This document shows, piece after piece, positions 15,570 through 28,907 of a stretch of DNA of 64,000 nucleotides. The translations under genes and the position numbers were made by a program. Source of the DNA: Eledone cirrhosa (taxonomy: Eukaryota); NCBI GenBank assembly GCA_964016885.1, contig OZ024749.1, positions 52,824,001-52,888,000 on the forward strand, in the 5' to 3' direction. The notes under the pieces were generated by a model. It worked only from the letters and a program-made list of their open reading frames with translations, was not told the DNA's origin and did no database searches. Every line of letters begins with the position of its first letter. Positions within the stretch are counted from its first letter, which is position 1.

Positions 15570-18500
15570 CGACACATGGTATATTATTAAGGTTGATAAT
15601 TAAAATACCTGCTGATTTTTTTCTTTTTCACAGAAGTTTGTAGCCCTTTCTGTATTTGATCAATACCGCGTGATAGTCCAGAGTCAGACATGTCTTTCAT
15701 CAAAACATAATAACCCTTGTCAATACTAACTTGACAAATACCAGCTCCCATTAGACCGGCTCCAAGAACACTAAGTGTCCTGAAAAAAAAAAAAACAGAC
15801 AAAATATTCATAGTAACAATCTCGATACAGAAAAATAGAGTGTAGACCGTTTTGATAACAGTTGTTAAAACTTTTAAAGGGCTCTTAACTCTTGTTTGAA
15901 TCCCAGGGGCACCATTCCAACAAATGGCATATCCTGTAAAATGGTCGTGTAGGTGTCATGACAAAAAGCACCCTGCCCAAACTGTAAAGTGGTCGTGTAG
16001 GTGACACGACAAAAGGCACCCAGTCCACTCTGTAAATGTGGTTGTGTAGGTGACACGACAAAAGGCACCCAGTCCACTCTGTAAATGTGGTTGGTGTTAG
16101 AGGTGTTAGAGGAATGGTGATATAATATAATAATGACAATCAGTATTTTATGAGAAATAACAGACTTACTTAGCTTCTATTTTGGGGTCTCCAAATCTGT
16201 TTTTCTTTGTTGCAGTCTGTCCATCATATAAACCAATGAGAGCCTTGCTTTCTTTTGTCATCGAAAGAAAACCAAATTCCTGCAAAATAGAAATATGGTA
16301 ATGAAAGGGTTAAATCTTAGGATTTTATGTGATTTAATAAAAAATATTTAATAGCAGTGCCCCAGCATAGTCTTAGCCAGAACAGGTAAAAGATTAACAA
16401 ATGATAGTATTATCAATAAAGAGTAAATAACTTAATAACTTACCTTAGCTTCTACATCATAACCAACTTTCAAACCTTCTTCTAAACCTTTTTTTGTTAC
16501 CTAGGAACAAGAAATAAATATTCAGCATAGATTTAAGATCAAATCTTTCAATTACCTTCTTTAACAGTTTTATTTAATAGTTTTACAGCTGACACTACTT
16601 TCAATTAATTCTATTAACAGTTTTATTTAAGAGTTTTAGGCTGACACACAACTCTTGCAATTATTCCTCTTAACAATCATGGGGTTAAAATGTCTGAGGA
16701 AAGAATCACTGGACAGAATTTACGGGTAAAACCAACCCATGGGTAGATAGATCCCAAGCAAGATGGTTGTATAACATTCATGAGCTTGGCTGGTCTCGCT
16801 TGGGGATCCAGCTGGATCAATTGGAAATGGTTGCTTCTGACAGGACCCACTGGAAGGAGTGTTTAAGGACTCTCCCCCACTCCTCTTTCAGGAATAAGTA
16901 TGTGAAGAAGAACAACAATTTTATTTAATAGTTTTAAGACTGATACACTACCCTTTCAATTATCTCTATAAACAGTTTTATTCAATGTTTTTTAAAAATT
17001 AAGAAGCTTTTAACAACTTACATCAAGAATTTTCAATGGAGCAGGGTAGAGACCTGCTGATAGTTTCATCACTTTTGATCTTGCTTGGTTAAACACCAAG
17101 TTTCTTCCAGCATCAAATCGCAGTACTAGGTCTGTTATTTCTAATTAAGAAACATGAAATGGATCTTTTAAAATAAAGCCAGATTAGACAGTAAACATAT
17201 ACATTAGTATTGGTGCTCTGAAATAGCAATGTATATATATATAGTATATTTGATAATATACTGTATGTTTATTTAAAAACATTTTGAAGACCATTTGCTA
17301 TGAATTTTAAAGTAGTGGCGATGTCACATATTTAGTCTCGGCAAAGGGGAGTAATCGACGGTAGTACCGTTTCTCACTTGTAAGGGGTTGTCAACACTAC
17401 ATACCCCTCTGCCAAGACTAAGTACGTGACGTAGCCACTACTTTAAAATTCAGAGCAAATGTTTTTAAATGAACACACAGTATATTATCAAATATACTAT
17501 ACGTACATTCATATATTTATACAAATACAGAAGCAAGTAGTTTGATCAACTAAATACTTACTTTCTACAAGCTTTTTCTTCCTTGGTGTCTTTTTTCCAC
17601 CACTGCTGGCAAGATTCCTGATAATAAAAATATTTTCACTTGTTTAGACTAACAACAAAGATAATACTAGTAATAGATGTGTTATAATGGTGTGACACAC
17701 CTGTTTTGTATACCTGTATGAAACGAGCGTAACACTGAAGGTATTCACCAGGTGTAATTCCGAACTCCCAACAAGAGACTACAACAAGACTGTACATACT
17801 CTCTACCTGACAGTTCAGTTTAGTTCTTATCTATAGACTTTTCACCTAGTCCACTTTTAGTTATGCATGGGTATTCAGGGTTTTCCCCCCACAAGATGTG
17901 GATCATCATCATCACCACTACCATCATTATTATACGTGTATTTTTCCATGCTTGCATGGGTTGGACAGGTCTTTCTCAGTACAGCATCTCTCCACTTGTA
18001 TAGTTAAATTAATTCAGTGTATTATTCTCACTGCTTTTTGTTATGACTACCACTTTACAGGGTGAACTGGGTGCCTTTTTTCGTAGCACCAACACTACTG
18101 CTTTACAGGGTGAAGAGGATTCTTTTTGTTGCGACACCAGCACTACCTCTTTACAGGGTGAACTGGGTGTCTTTTCTCATGACACCAGCACTACTGCTTT
18201 ACAGGGTGAACTGAGTGCTTTTTGTCGTGACACCAGCACTTACAAGCCTAAATTAATTTAAAAGAAATATCTCCACAAAATTTACTGCAATCTGTCCTTC
18301 TTTCTCCATTATAGAGTGTATAAGCTCTGCTACCCTCCTGGGACGTCATGGAACATATAGTTGTTTTATTTATATAGTCTATAGATTATAAAATGGTAAA
18401 ACTTCTGATTTACCTGGCAGCACTCACAGCAACCTTCTCTAAGTAATCTAAGCTTCCAACTTCAGCACTTTGTAATCCAGGACCTAAAACAAAGAAATAC

Positions 18501-21492
18501 AGAACTGGAATGAACCCTTCTGAAACAGTCCCTGGTTCTGTGCTAGGTACAAAACTGTTTTAAAGTGTTTATATTTATCTAAAAACCTTCCATCATAATT
18601 TTATGTAAGAACTTTTAAGTTATGTTCCAAATACCAACTTGATGAAGAAATTATTTATTCTTCTAATTTTTTCAAAATTCTTGTTTATTAAACCCTTTAG
18701 CATATAAACCGGCTGTATCTGGCCAGAATTCTTTCACCTCTTTCTGTTCAAACCAGCCATAACTGGCCACTCATACTAACATTAAGGTATTGTTCTCAAA
18801 ATAAATAATACCAAAATCTCATAGATTTGATATTATGTGAGGTAAAGCCTTTACTATGAAAATACAATAGTAAATATAGAGTAATGTAAATACTAAAGGG
18901 TTAAAAAAATATTTTCATTATTGTATACCAAATATTCATTACACACTGTCATGATGTTAAACTCTTTTGTGACTTGACTTACCAAGAACATCAACAACTT
19001 GATCAACCAGGCCCATCTTTTTAGCTTTATCAGCTCGAATAGTTTTGCCCGTCAGCATCATATCCAAAGAATTTGGGACAGAAATCTAAATAATAAAAAT
19101 AATAATAATAGTACAATCCCAGCAGACGACAATATATCTTCCAAGGAAATAGAGAAACTCTCCAATTATAAAGATCTAGAGATAGAAATAACTTGAATGT
19201 GGAAAATGAAAACAGACTCAATACCTATAATAATAGGTGCTCTGGGAATGATAAAAAACACAGACAAATAAATAGCCAAAACCCTAGGACTTGCAAAAGA
19301 TAGCACTACTAGGCATTGCACACACATTATATAGAGTACCACAGGACTTACAAATATATCATCTCATAAACATTATCTTCGTTTAACGTCCATCTTCCAC
19401 GCTAGCATGGGTTAGACGGGAGTTGTCCCACTTGAGGCAAGGTTGGTCGGGTAGCCGTGTCTCACTCATATAGGACTATCTGGCAGGTTTTCTACGGCTG
19501 GATGCCCTCCCTAACACCAACCACATTTACAGTGTGGAACTGGGAACTTTTTACTGTGTTACCTACTAGAGATGAAGGTCATCCCAATTGTCATAGGAAC
19601 ACTAGCTACTATCTCAAAGAGTTTTCAAGGATGGTTAAAGAACATTAGTCCAGGCCTCCTTTTTTTGGAACACTTCAAAAGGCATGCTTGCTGGGAACAG
19701 CAAGAACCCTCCGATACGCCCTGAATATCTGAGGCTGCAGGTAGTGGCTTGATGTTCATTTGAACAAACTTTCCAGTTCAATAACATCAATGACTGAGAC
19801 TCCATGAAAATAATGGTTTCTTATATAGGCACAAGGCCAGCAATTTTCTGGGAGGGGAAAGTCGATTAAATCGACCCCAGTGCGTGACTGGTACTTTATT
19901 TTATCGACCCTGTAAGGATGAGAGGCAAAGTTAACCTCGGCGGGATTTGAACTCAGATCATAAAGGGTCGTGACTCTATGCTGCAAAGCTCTGCGTCCGA
20001 CCCTCTACCGATACTGCCAATCCACCGCCCTACTCCATGAAAATAATAATAATAATGAGAAAGTAGATGTGTACAATCCATCTTAAATATGAGATGGGCT
20101 GGCTGTGGGAAATGAAAAAGGTGAAGATAGTTGTTAGGGTGTTGGGGACAGTATCAAACGATATTGAGAGGAACATGAAGAAAATAGGAATAGAATGTCC
20201 AGTAGGGGCTATTGCGAAATATTTGCCTCTTTGGCACAGCCTGAGATGGGAGAGGAGAATGTCAATTAAATCGACCTCTACCAGTTGCTAAGCAATAATG
20301 AAAAGTTTATAGCTACCAGCCGAGGTAAACGCTGGGTTCCACCACCTCCAGGTAATAATCCAAGCATCACTTCTGGAAGTCCCAGACCAGTTTTTTTATC
20401 CTTAACCGCAATTCTATGGTGACAGGCAAGAGCCACCTGAAATTACAGTTAAAATATCAGAGAAAAACATAGAAATATAATACAAACACAGAAAAAAAAA
20501 AAAAACCACACACATATAAAATACACATACACATGTACACTTCTTTGCCCTCTTATTCCTGGAGTGTCGTAGGGGGACAGAGTCCTCAAACACTCCTTCC
20601 AGCGGGTCCTGTCAGAAGCAACGGTCTCCAATTGATCTGGCTGGGTCCCCAAGTATAACCAGTTAAGGCTCTTGGATGTTATCCAACCATCTTGATGCCT
20701 GTGTGCGATCACATAAAATAAAACACACACACAAAATGGTGGTAGCAATGATTTATCATTTTAAACCCCCACACCCCAATTTTAAGAAATATATATGAGT
20801 CTCTTACTTCAAGTCCACCACCTAAACATAATCCCATGATGGCTGCTACTACTGGTTTCTTGCTTGTCTCTATTCTTTCCAGCAGTGCGTGCGCTGTTTT
20901 ACTGAGACTCGTAGTTTCTTCAGCTGATTCACATGCCTTCAACATACTGTGGAAGATCAAAATAGAGATTGAATTAACCCTTTTCATAACAAACTCCCCA
21001 AAACAATTCAGCACTTATGACATAAAAACAAATTATTTTAAAAGATTTTAAAATCTTTACATAATTTTTTTTAAAGAAATTTTTTTATTTAGTAATATTT
21101 TAAATATCAGCTTTCTAATAAGAGTTAGTTATTTTTTTATAAAATTCCCCCAAACATTTAAATATTTTGAAAATTAATTTGAAAGCCAAACAGTGTATTT
21201 CATGAGAAATATGGCAACAAACGTGTATATTAATTTGATACACATAGAAGGGGTGCCCAAATATACTTACACACACACACACATTATATATACATAAACA
21301 GGACCACCCAGTCCCACACTGTAAATGTGGTTGGTGTTAGGAAGGGCATCCAGCTGTAAAAACCCCGGCCAAATTTACAGTCCCGTCAGGGCAAGGTACA
21401 GCTTGGCCAATCCTGGCCAGACTTGTCTCTCAATGTGGATGACCCGTCTGACCCATGCAAGCATAGAAAAATGGACGTTAAACGATAATGAT

Positions 21493-21524
<32 letters not shown>

Positions 21525-24500
21525 GAGAGAGGAATTTAAGATTTAACATGAAAATGACTTACCCAATATCGGCCCCTGCCAAGAAACAGCCAGGTTTTCC
21601 AGACATCAGAACTACACTTTTAATTTGTTCATTGTTCCATATTTCTTCCATGACGCCTTCTATCTCAATTTGTAGAGGTTTGGACAAAGTGTTGACCTAC
21701 AATATATGACACAATGTTAGCCTACAGTGTATGTCAGTGATACTCAACAGTGTAGTGTTAGCCTACAATATATGACAGTGATACCCAACATTGTAGTGTT
21801 AGCCTAGTGTATGGCAGTGTTAGCCTACATTGTATGGCAGTGTTAGCCTTCACTATATGGTAGTGTTAGTCTAGTGTATGGCAGTGTTAACCTACAGTGT
21901 ATGGCAGTGTTAGCCTACAGTGTATGGCAGTGTTAGCCTACATTGTATGGCAGTGTTAGCCTACACTATATGGTAGTGTTAGTCTAGTGTATGGCAGTGT
22001 TAACCTACAGTGTATGGCAGTGTTAGCCTACAGTGTATGGCAGTGTTATATAAGAGACAAGAAAGACAATCAAGCAGTAACTTAACAAAAGAGTGTGTAC
22101 TATTTTGTTGATTCTTTTGATACAAACTCACTGAAAACCTCCCCTGTTTCTATGAAGGAACCACTCATTTTAAAGGGTTCCTATATAAATTAAAATCTTC
22201 CATCATCATTTAGCGTCAACTTTACCTGTTATTGCTAGCAAGGATTGAAAAGGTGTTCACAGACCAAGTTTCAGTACTAAAGTGAGAGCTACTGACCTCC
22301 CAGATAAAACAGAGGTTTGCATTTCACATGTGTCTCCCGTTCTACCAAGTGTATCATGGCACCAACACTGGAGAGGTTCTCATGTTTTTGACACAACTGA
22401 GGGATCCTTCCAATAATTGTTTCTACTTTAGGCACAAGGCCAGCAATTTTGGAGAGGAGGGGGGAAAGTCGATTAAATCAACTCCAGTACATTACTGGTA
22501 CTTTATTTTATCGACCCCCGTAAGGATGAAAGGCAAAGCTAACCTTGGGGGGATTTGAACTCAGAACATAAAGGGCTGTAACTATTCCACGAAGCATGTT
22601 GTCTGACGCTCTACCGATTCTCTGATTTAATCACAAGGCCAGGAATTTGGGGAAAAGAGATCATATTGACCCCCAGTATTTGACTGGTACTTTATTTTAT
22701 TGATCACCCCACCCCTGAAAATGAAAGGCAAAATTGACCTGGGCAAAATATGAACTTAGAATATATAGGGCCGTAATTCTATGCCACAAAGCATGTTGTC
22801 CAACGCTCTACTGATTACTGCCAATCCACTGTTCTGCTATAATATAATAACATATTTTAATGACCTTTGACCCTGGACTGTCCATCTTGACCACTGCAAC
22901 GTCATTTTTTACTTCATAATTTACATGGACTCGAGCTAAAAAAAAATAAAAATAAGATTTTACTGAACAGAAATATTTATGAAAGTGGTTGTAGTTTTCT
23001 CTATCTTCTATAACAGCCTTTTGAAGCAAATTTCAGTAGTGATGGGCAGGTTATGGTTTGTCTGCCTCTTTCACATCCTCAAAACAATGTCAGTCTATTT
23101 CACACCCACAACTGGAACCAGTCTGCTTCACACCCACATCTGGAACCAGTCTGCTTCACACCCACAACTGGAACCAGTCTGCTTCACACCCACAACTGGA
23201 GCCAGTCTGTTTCACACCCACATCTGGAACCAGTCTGCTTCACACCCACATCTGGAGCCAGTCTGTTTCACACCCACATCTGGAACCAGTCTGCTTCACA
23301 CCCACATCTGGAGCCAGTCTGTTTCACACCCACATCTGGAACCAGTCTGTTTCACACCCACATCTGGAGCCAGTCTATTTCATATCCACCCACATCTGGA
23401 ACCAGTCTATTTCATATCCACCCACATCTGGAACCAGTCTATTTCATATCCACCCACATCTGGAACCAGTATACTTCACAGCCACATCTGGAGCCAGTCT
23501 GCTTCACACTCATCATGTTAATAATTGTTTCTACTTTTGGCACAAGGCCAGCAATTACCCAGTACATTACTGGTACTTTATTTTATCGACCCTGTAAGGA
23601 TGAAAGGCAAAGTTAACCTCGGCGGGATTTGAACATAAAGGGCCGTAACTCTTTGCTGTAAAGCATGGCGTCCAACCCTCTACCAATACTACCAATCCAG
23701 TTAATAATATTCACTTACCTGCCATGGCTGAATTTATGGAAAAATATCTCCAAGAAAAGATTCCTGAAATATAGAAGACATGTATAATTATTTAGTTGTA
23801 ACAATGAACTCTTCAGGGTCAAAGGCCATCGAACACCAACTATGGGTTAACCCTTTAGAATTTAAACTGGCCAGAATTATCTGCCCTCTTTCTGTTCAAA
23901 CTGGCTGTAATCAGCCGCTCATACTGATGTTAAGGTATTGTTCTCAAAATAAATATCAAAATCTCATAGCTTTGATATTATGTGAGATAATAATAAGGTA
24001 AAGCCTTTACTGTGAACATATAATAGATATAGAGTAATGTAAATGTTATGCGAGATATTATGAGGTAAAGCCTTTACTGTGAAAATATAATAGTAGATAT
24101 AGAGTAATGTAAATGCTAGAAGGTTAAATAGCCTCACCAACCCACAACTGGACAAGCATGGTAAGAATAGCTACATCCCTGAAGACATGCACCAAAAACA
24201 GTGCAAGTCAACTAGGGAGAGGTTCCTCCAACAGGAGTGGGATTAGATAACCCCTGTGTGTGTGTGAGAGCTCACACCTATGCAGGTTTAGCTGGCCTCC
24301 TCCAAGGTATATCTCGTTGGAGGTGTCTTGGGTGATTTAATGATAGGGAGGCACCCCAGTCCCTATCATCTCATTTCTACAGCTGAGTAAACTGGAGCAA
24401 CGTGAAATAAAGTGTCTTGCTCAAGGAAAGAACACATCACCCGGTCCGAGAATTGAACTCACAACCTTTCGATTGCAAGTCCAATGCTCTAACCACTAAG

Positions 24501-25405
24501 CCATGTGCCTACACCCATGAAGACATGATCAATAACGGTGGCGGTCAACCAGGGAAGGGTTCCTCCAACAGGGGTGAGAAGGCCCTGGATTGGAGATATA
24601 TATGTGTACAGCTACACTCCTGCAGATATATCCAAAGCAGTAGAGGACAACCATGGAAGGGTTTCTTCAACAGGAGTGATAAAACCCTGGTTTGGATAAT
24701 TCTAATATAACTTAGAAGTTTAGCAATTTTCATGTAGCTGTTCCAATAATATTTCAGATTGTCTTTACTTTTTCTTTCCTCTACTATTATCAGTTATTGA
24801 ACTGTGGCCATACTGTTATAACACCTTGAAGGATTTCTTATTTATATTTGTATCATATCAGCTTTAGTACTTTGTCTGGTGCTATTTATTCTATCAACCT
24901 GCTACAGCAAAATAGCAAAGTTCGCTTGGATGAAAAGGGAGATAAACAGAAAGAAACAAATAGATAAATGTTTTTCTCAGATACACCAATTCGATCATCT
25001 ATTTATTTACACATGCACACAGATTATATATATATATATATATATGTCGTCGTTGTTTGATGTCCATTTTGTACTGCATAGCTAGCATGGGTTAGACAAG
25101 TTGTCCTGTTGTGAGATAGGCCAGGCCAGGTGAGGTGACCAGGTCTTGCTCATACAGAACTGATTTTGGCTTGGTTTCTATGGCTGGATGCCCTTCCTAA
25201 CACCAATAACATTTACAATTTACAGTGAGTGCTGGGTGCTTTTTATTGTATGACCAGAGAGAGAGAGAGAGATAGAGAGAGAGAGAGGGGGGGAGGTGTA
25301 TATGAAGCCATACACAGTATGTTAAAGGCTAAGTTAAAGATTAATGAGTTAAAAAGACTTATTGTTCTTTTGCTCTCTAAGTAGTGTCCCAACTGTTAAC
25401 CTCAT
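8323..25405 (-). CDS. HADHA: Mitochondrial trifunctional protein subunit alpha (long-chain enoyl-CoA hydratase / 3-hydroxyacyl-CoA dehydrogenase)
   Basis: GT-AG exons with consistent phases: 23719-23763, 22865-22935, 21563-21696, 20808-20946, 20317-20436, 18983-19085, 18414-18483, 17562-17617, 17022-17140, 16444-16500, 16170-16279, 15609-15779, 15001-15136, 14505-14591, 13109-13196, 12429-12550, 11790-11985, 11011-11122, 10494-10584, 9396-9450, 8323-8471 (TGA). Motifs: [58 protein letters not shown] (NAD-binding), [84 protein letters not shown]. The first coding exon is uncertain (25363-25405 or 24138-24159). Confidence 0.96.
12637..13010. repeat. 48-bp minisatellite, ~8 copies (related short array at ~18050-18245)
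   Basis: Unit ccactttacagagtgtactgggtgtattttatcgtggcaccatcacta. Confidence 0.9.
13310..14435. repeat. 23-bp minisatellite, ~1.1 kb, in a HADHA intron
   Basis: Unit ggttggtatgtcatatataccag with few variants. Confidence 0.95.
17241..17500. mobile_element. Foldback/MITE-like element with ~100-bp imperfect inverted arms
   Basis: atagtatatttgataatatactgt...aattttaaagtagtggc..gtcac..attt agtctcggca is mirrored by tgccaagacta agtacgtgacgtagccactactttaaaatt...acagtatattatcaaatatactat. Confidence 0.75.
19116..19330 (+). mobile_element. R4/Dong-clade LINE 3' fragment (restriction-like endonuclease region)
   Basis: Translates to [45 protein letters not shown], the RLE K..KY..L...W....P++G+LG pattern. 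It follows an (AAT)n run. Related pieces lie at ~19570-19760 ([12 protein letters not shown]) and ~20075-20250. Confidence 0.7.
21715..22046. repeat. ~21-23-bp minisatellite
   Basis: Unit agtgttagcctacagtgtatggc and variants. Confidence 0.85.
23095..23510. repeat. 29-bp minisatellite
   Basis: Unit cacacccacatctggaaccagtctgcttc-like, about 13 copies. Confidence 0.9.
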
Positions 25406-25643
25406 TTATTATATCAATACTGCAGATAAGATAATAAATAATATTAAAGATTATGTTTGTAAACTATTACAAGAGATTATATTGGACCAAGAATTGGGTC
25501 TTTGCTTTTTATCAATTCCAGTATAAACAACAACAATATTATTGACACAGTATTTATATATTTATATAAATCTTTCTTATGTCTATATATATATAAATCT
25601 TTCTTATGTCTATATAAAGCAAATGTTATAGATTAGGGACGAA

Positions 25644-25830
25644 CTAGTCACATTCCTTTGTGAGTTTCAGCAATTTCAGATCAGCTCTCACCACTTCCAC
25701 CCAGCAATCACGATCCATGCACATCACATGTCCATACCAGTGCAGTCTTCTCTCTTGCACACTACTTCTGATTCCTCCTATACTCAGCTTCTCCCTCAGT
25801 TCACCCAAGCTCTGCTTTTCTCTCACATTA
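25644..25830 (-). mobile_element. RTE-clade LINE reverse-transcriptase C-terminal fragment
   Basis: LGELREKLSIGGIRSSVQERRLHWYGHVMCMD...WVEVVRADLKLL matches the RTE RRL.WYGHV.R motif. Similar RTE 3' remnants lie at ~7630-7830, 16680-16890 and 20550-20700. Confidence 0.75.
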
Positions 25831-25838
25831 TCTATACA

Positions 25839-25880
<42 letters not shown>

Positions 25881-26044
25881 TCTATACAATATATGTCTAT
25901 ACACTCTATATATGTATATATATATATACTCTATACAATATATGTCTATACACTCTATATATGTATATATATATATACTCTATACAATATATGTCTATAC
26001 ACTATATATATATATATATACTCTATACAATATATGTCTATACA

Positions 26045-26076
<32 letters not shown>

Positions 26077-27051
26077 TCTATACAATATATGTCTATACAC
26101 TCTATATATATACACTCTATATATATATACACTCTATACAATATATTTTATAGAACTGTAGACTAAATATAAAAATTGTCAAAGCTGAATAACACAATAG
26201 AAATATGTAAAAATAAGTTTACTGAGTTGAAAATAATATTTTCTTGAGATGAATTGTTTGAGTGTCTGGTTATATCTTGTAAATAGAGGAGTTGTGTTAC
26301 CTAGGTAATATAACAATTTACTGATTGTAGTAGTCTTGATAGCAGAAGGGTTAGGGTAAAGTCCTGTCGTCTACTTGATATATCGGATTAGTGGTTAGGT
26401 TGTTTCACTTGAAATCATAAGGTCATATGTTCGATTCTTGGACCGGGTGGTATGGTTTGGTCTTGAGTAAAACACTTCATTTTATTTCACATTGCTCGAG
26501 TACACTCAGCAGTACTTTGGGTGGTGAGTGTTAACTCTGTGATGGACTGGTATCCTGTCCAGGGAAGAGTGTTGTACTCTCAGTTGCTTAACTCCAATGA
26601 AACCAAGATAAACATCGGCTTGATGACACATTAACTTTTTTAATAGCAATCGCAGAATGTCTAGAGTGTAACATTCTGCTACCTAGGTGATATAAAATCA
26701 ATTTATCACAGGTAATACAGGTAATAATTGTTTCTACTTTTGACACAAGGCCAGCAATTACCAGTGTATTACTGGTACTTTATTTTATCGACCCCGTAAG
26801 GATGAAAGGCAAAGTTAACCTCGGCGAGATTCAAATTGAGAATGGCAAAGGCCGTAACTCTATGCCTCAAACCCTCTACCAATACTGCCAATCCACCGTA
26901 ATATAGGTAATAATGGTAGTGTGTTGCCCCATGTTCTACTGATTACAGCCAACCCACAGGTAACAGAATGGTTAGAATGAAACATTCTGTTACCTAGGTG
27001 ATGTAAATCATTGCTGGCAATAATAGTTCCATTAAGATTATAATTTCAACT

Positions 27052-27600
27052 TAGCTCCCACCTGAAGGCTACTTGTGTGTTGGTTTACCTTAAAACTTAT
27101 TCCAGCTCCCACCTGAAGGCTACTTGTGTGTTGGTTTACCTCAAAACTTATTCCAGCTCCCACCTCAAGGCTACTTGTGTGTTGGTTTACCTCAAAACTT
27201 ATTCCAGCTCCCACCTCAAGGCTACTTGTGTGTTGGTTTACCTCAAAACTTATTCCAGCTCCCACCTCAAGGCTACTTGTGTGTTGGTTTACCTCAAAAC
27301 TTATTCCAGCTCCCACCTCAAGGCTACTTGTGTGTTGGTTTACCTCAAAACTTATTCCAGCTCCCACCTGAAGGCTACTTGTGTGTTGGTTTACCTCAAA
27401 ACTTATTCCAGCTCCCACCTCAAGGCTACTTGTGTGTTGGTTTACCTCAAAACTTATTCCAGCTCCCACCTGAAGCAGTGTGTTGGTTTACCTCAAAACT
27501 TATTCCAGCTCCCACCTGAAGCAGTGTGTTGGTTTACCTCAAAACTTATTCCAGCTCCCACCTGAAGCAGTGTGTTGGTTTACCTCAAAACTTATTCCAG
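27052..27600. repeat. 51-bp minisatellite, ~11 copies
   Basis: Unit agctcccacctcaaggctacttgtgtgttggtttacctcaaaacttattcc. The last copies are shorter. Confidence 0.93.
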
Positions 27601-27840
27601 CCTCTACGTAAAGGCTGCCAGCATGTTGGCTTGCCTTAAAATTTATTACAGTGAAATTCCAGCACCCCTTGTGACATGTGATTGAATATGCATATCTTCA
27701 ACATTTAAAAAAAAATATAAATTCTTTATATAATTGTCAGTAATACTAGTACAGACAAGGGCTAGGGACTTGTCAACTGTAAAGTATAATTGATTTGAGC
27801 TGAGGGAGGTACATATATAGTTTAGAGTTAGAGTGGGTGC

Positions 27841-28135
27841 AGGCACATGGTTTAGTGGTTAGAGCATTGGCCTTGCAATTGTGAGGTTGTGAGTTTGATT
27901 CCTGGACAGGGCTGTGTGTTGTGTCCTTGAGCAAGACACTTTATTTCACGTTGCTCCAGTTTACTCAGCTGTAGAAATGAGTTGCAATATCACAAGTGCC
28001 AAGATGTATCAGCCATTGCCTTTCCCTTGGACAACATCGGTGGCATGGAGAGGGAAGACTGGTATACATGGGTGACTGCTGGTCTTCCATAACAAACCTT
28101 GCCCGACTTGTGCTCGAAGAGAAACTTTCTAGGTA
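27841..28135 (+). mobile_element. tRNA-derived CORE-like SINE (representative copy)
   Basis: A-box tggtttagtgg, B-box-like gtttgattcc and core gtgtccttgagcaagacactttatttcac. Other copies lie at ~9095-9365 (-), 12060-12320 (-), 24370-24510 (-), 26385-26620, 44415-44570 and 59451-59585. Confidence 0.75.
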
Positions 28136-28856
28136 CAAATCATTTACCCTTCCCTAGTACAGGCTGAGGGATATATATATATATATAGTACAGGGTAGGT
28201 AGGTATATATATATACAGTCAGTACAGGCTGAGGGAGGTGTATATATATAGTCAGTACAGGCTGAGGGAGGTGTATATATAGTCAGTACAGTCAGTACAG
28301 GCTACCATGATTGTGGTGATGCACAGAAAATATTTTTTGACTAATTTGATAAAAAAACCCAACAAAAAACAGTTGTTTATATTAATTAGAAGAGAGATAA
28401 TTATTTGATATTAATTAATGCTTGGAAGGGAAACATTTTGGGGGTCGTATATTGAAAGAAAACATTTTCCCTGGGGATGTCTTTCTATTTCAAACATAAA
28501 TATATCCTGTTTTTAGTGTTTTGTTTGTTTTTGTCAATTTCCTAGTCACGTGGTTCTACTTCTAGTCCCACCTTGAGCAAGTATCTTCTACTAATGCTTT
28601 CTGAATGGGGTTTGGTAGACGAACAATATTGAAGCTGATCGTATATGCGTTATGTCCTTGAGCAAGACATTTTATTTCACGTTGCTGCTTCTACCTGGAG
28701 TTGCGACCGGTAGATAGTATTAGCAATTGGAAAGACCAACGGAAACATTGTTTCCTCGGTCCGATTTGACGAAAGTCGATATATATGGTCCCGAAGAGTC
28801 GATGGGACGCCATATTGACTTAGGCATTTTAAGCCTGGCAGAGCCCATCGCTCTCC

Positions 28857-28907
<51 letters not shown>

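Noticed and set aside
27841-27915. tRNA gene
   Set aside because: Degenerate tRNA-like head continuing into a SINE core, with many diverged copies and no intact cloverleaf.
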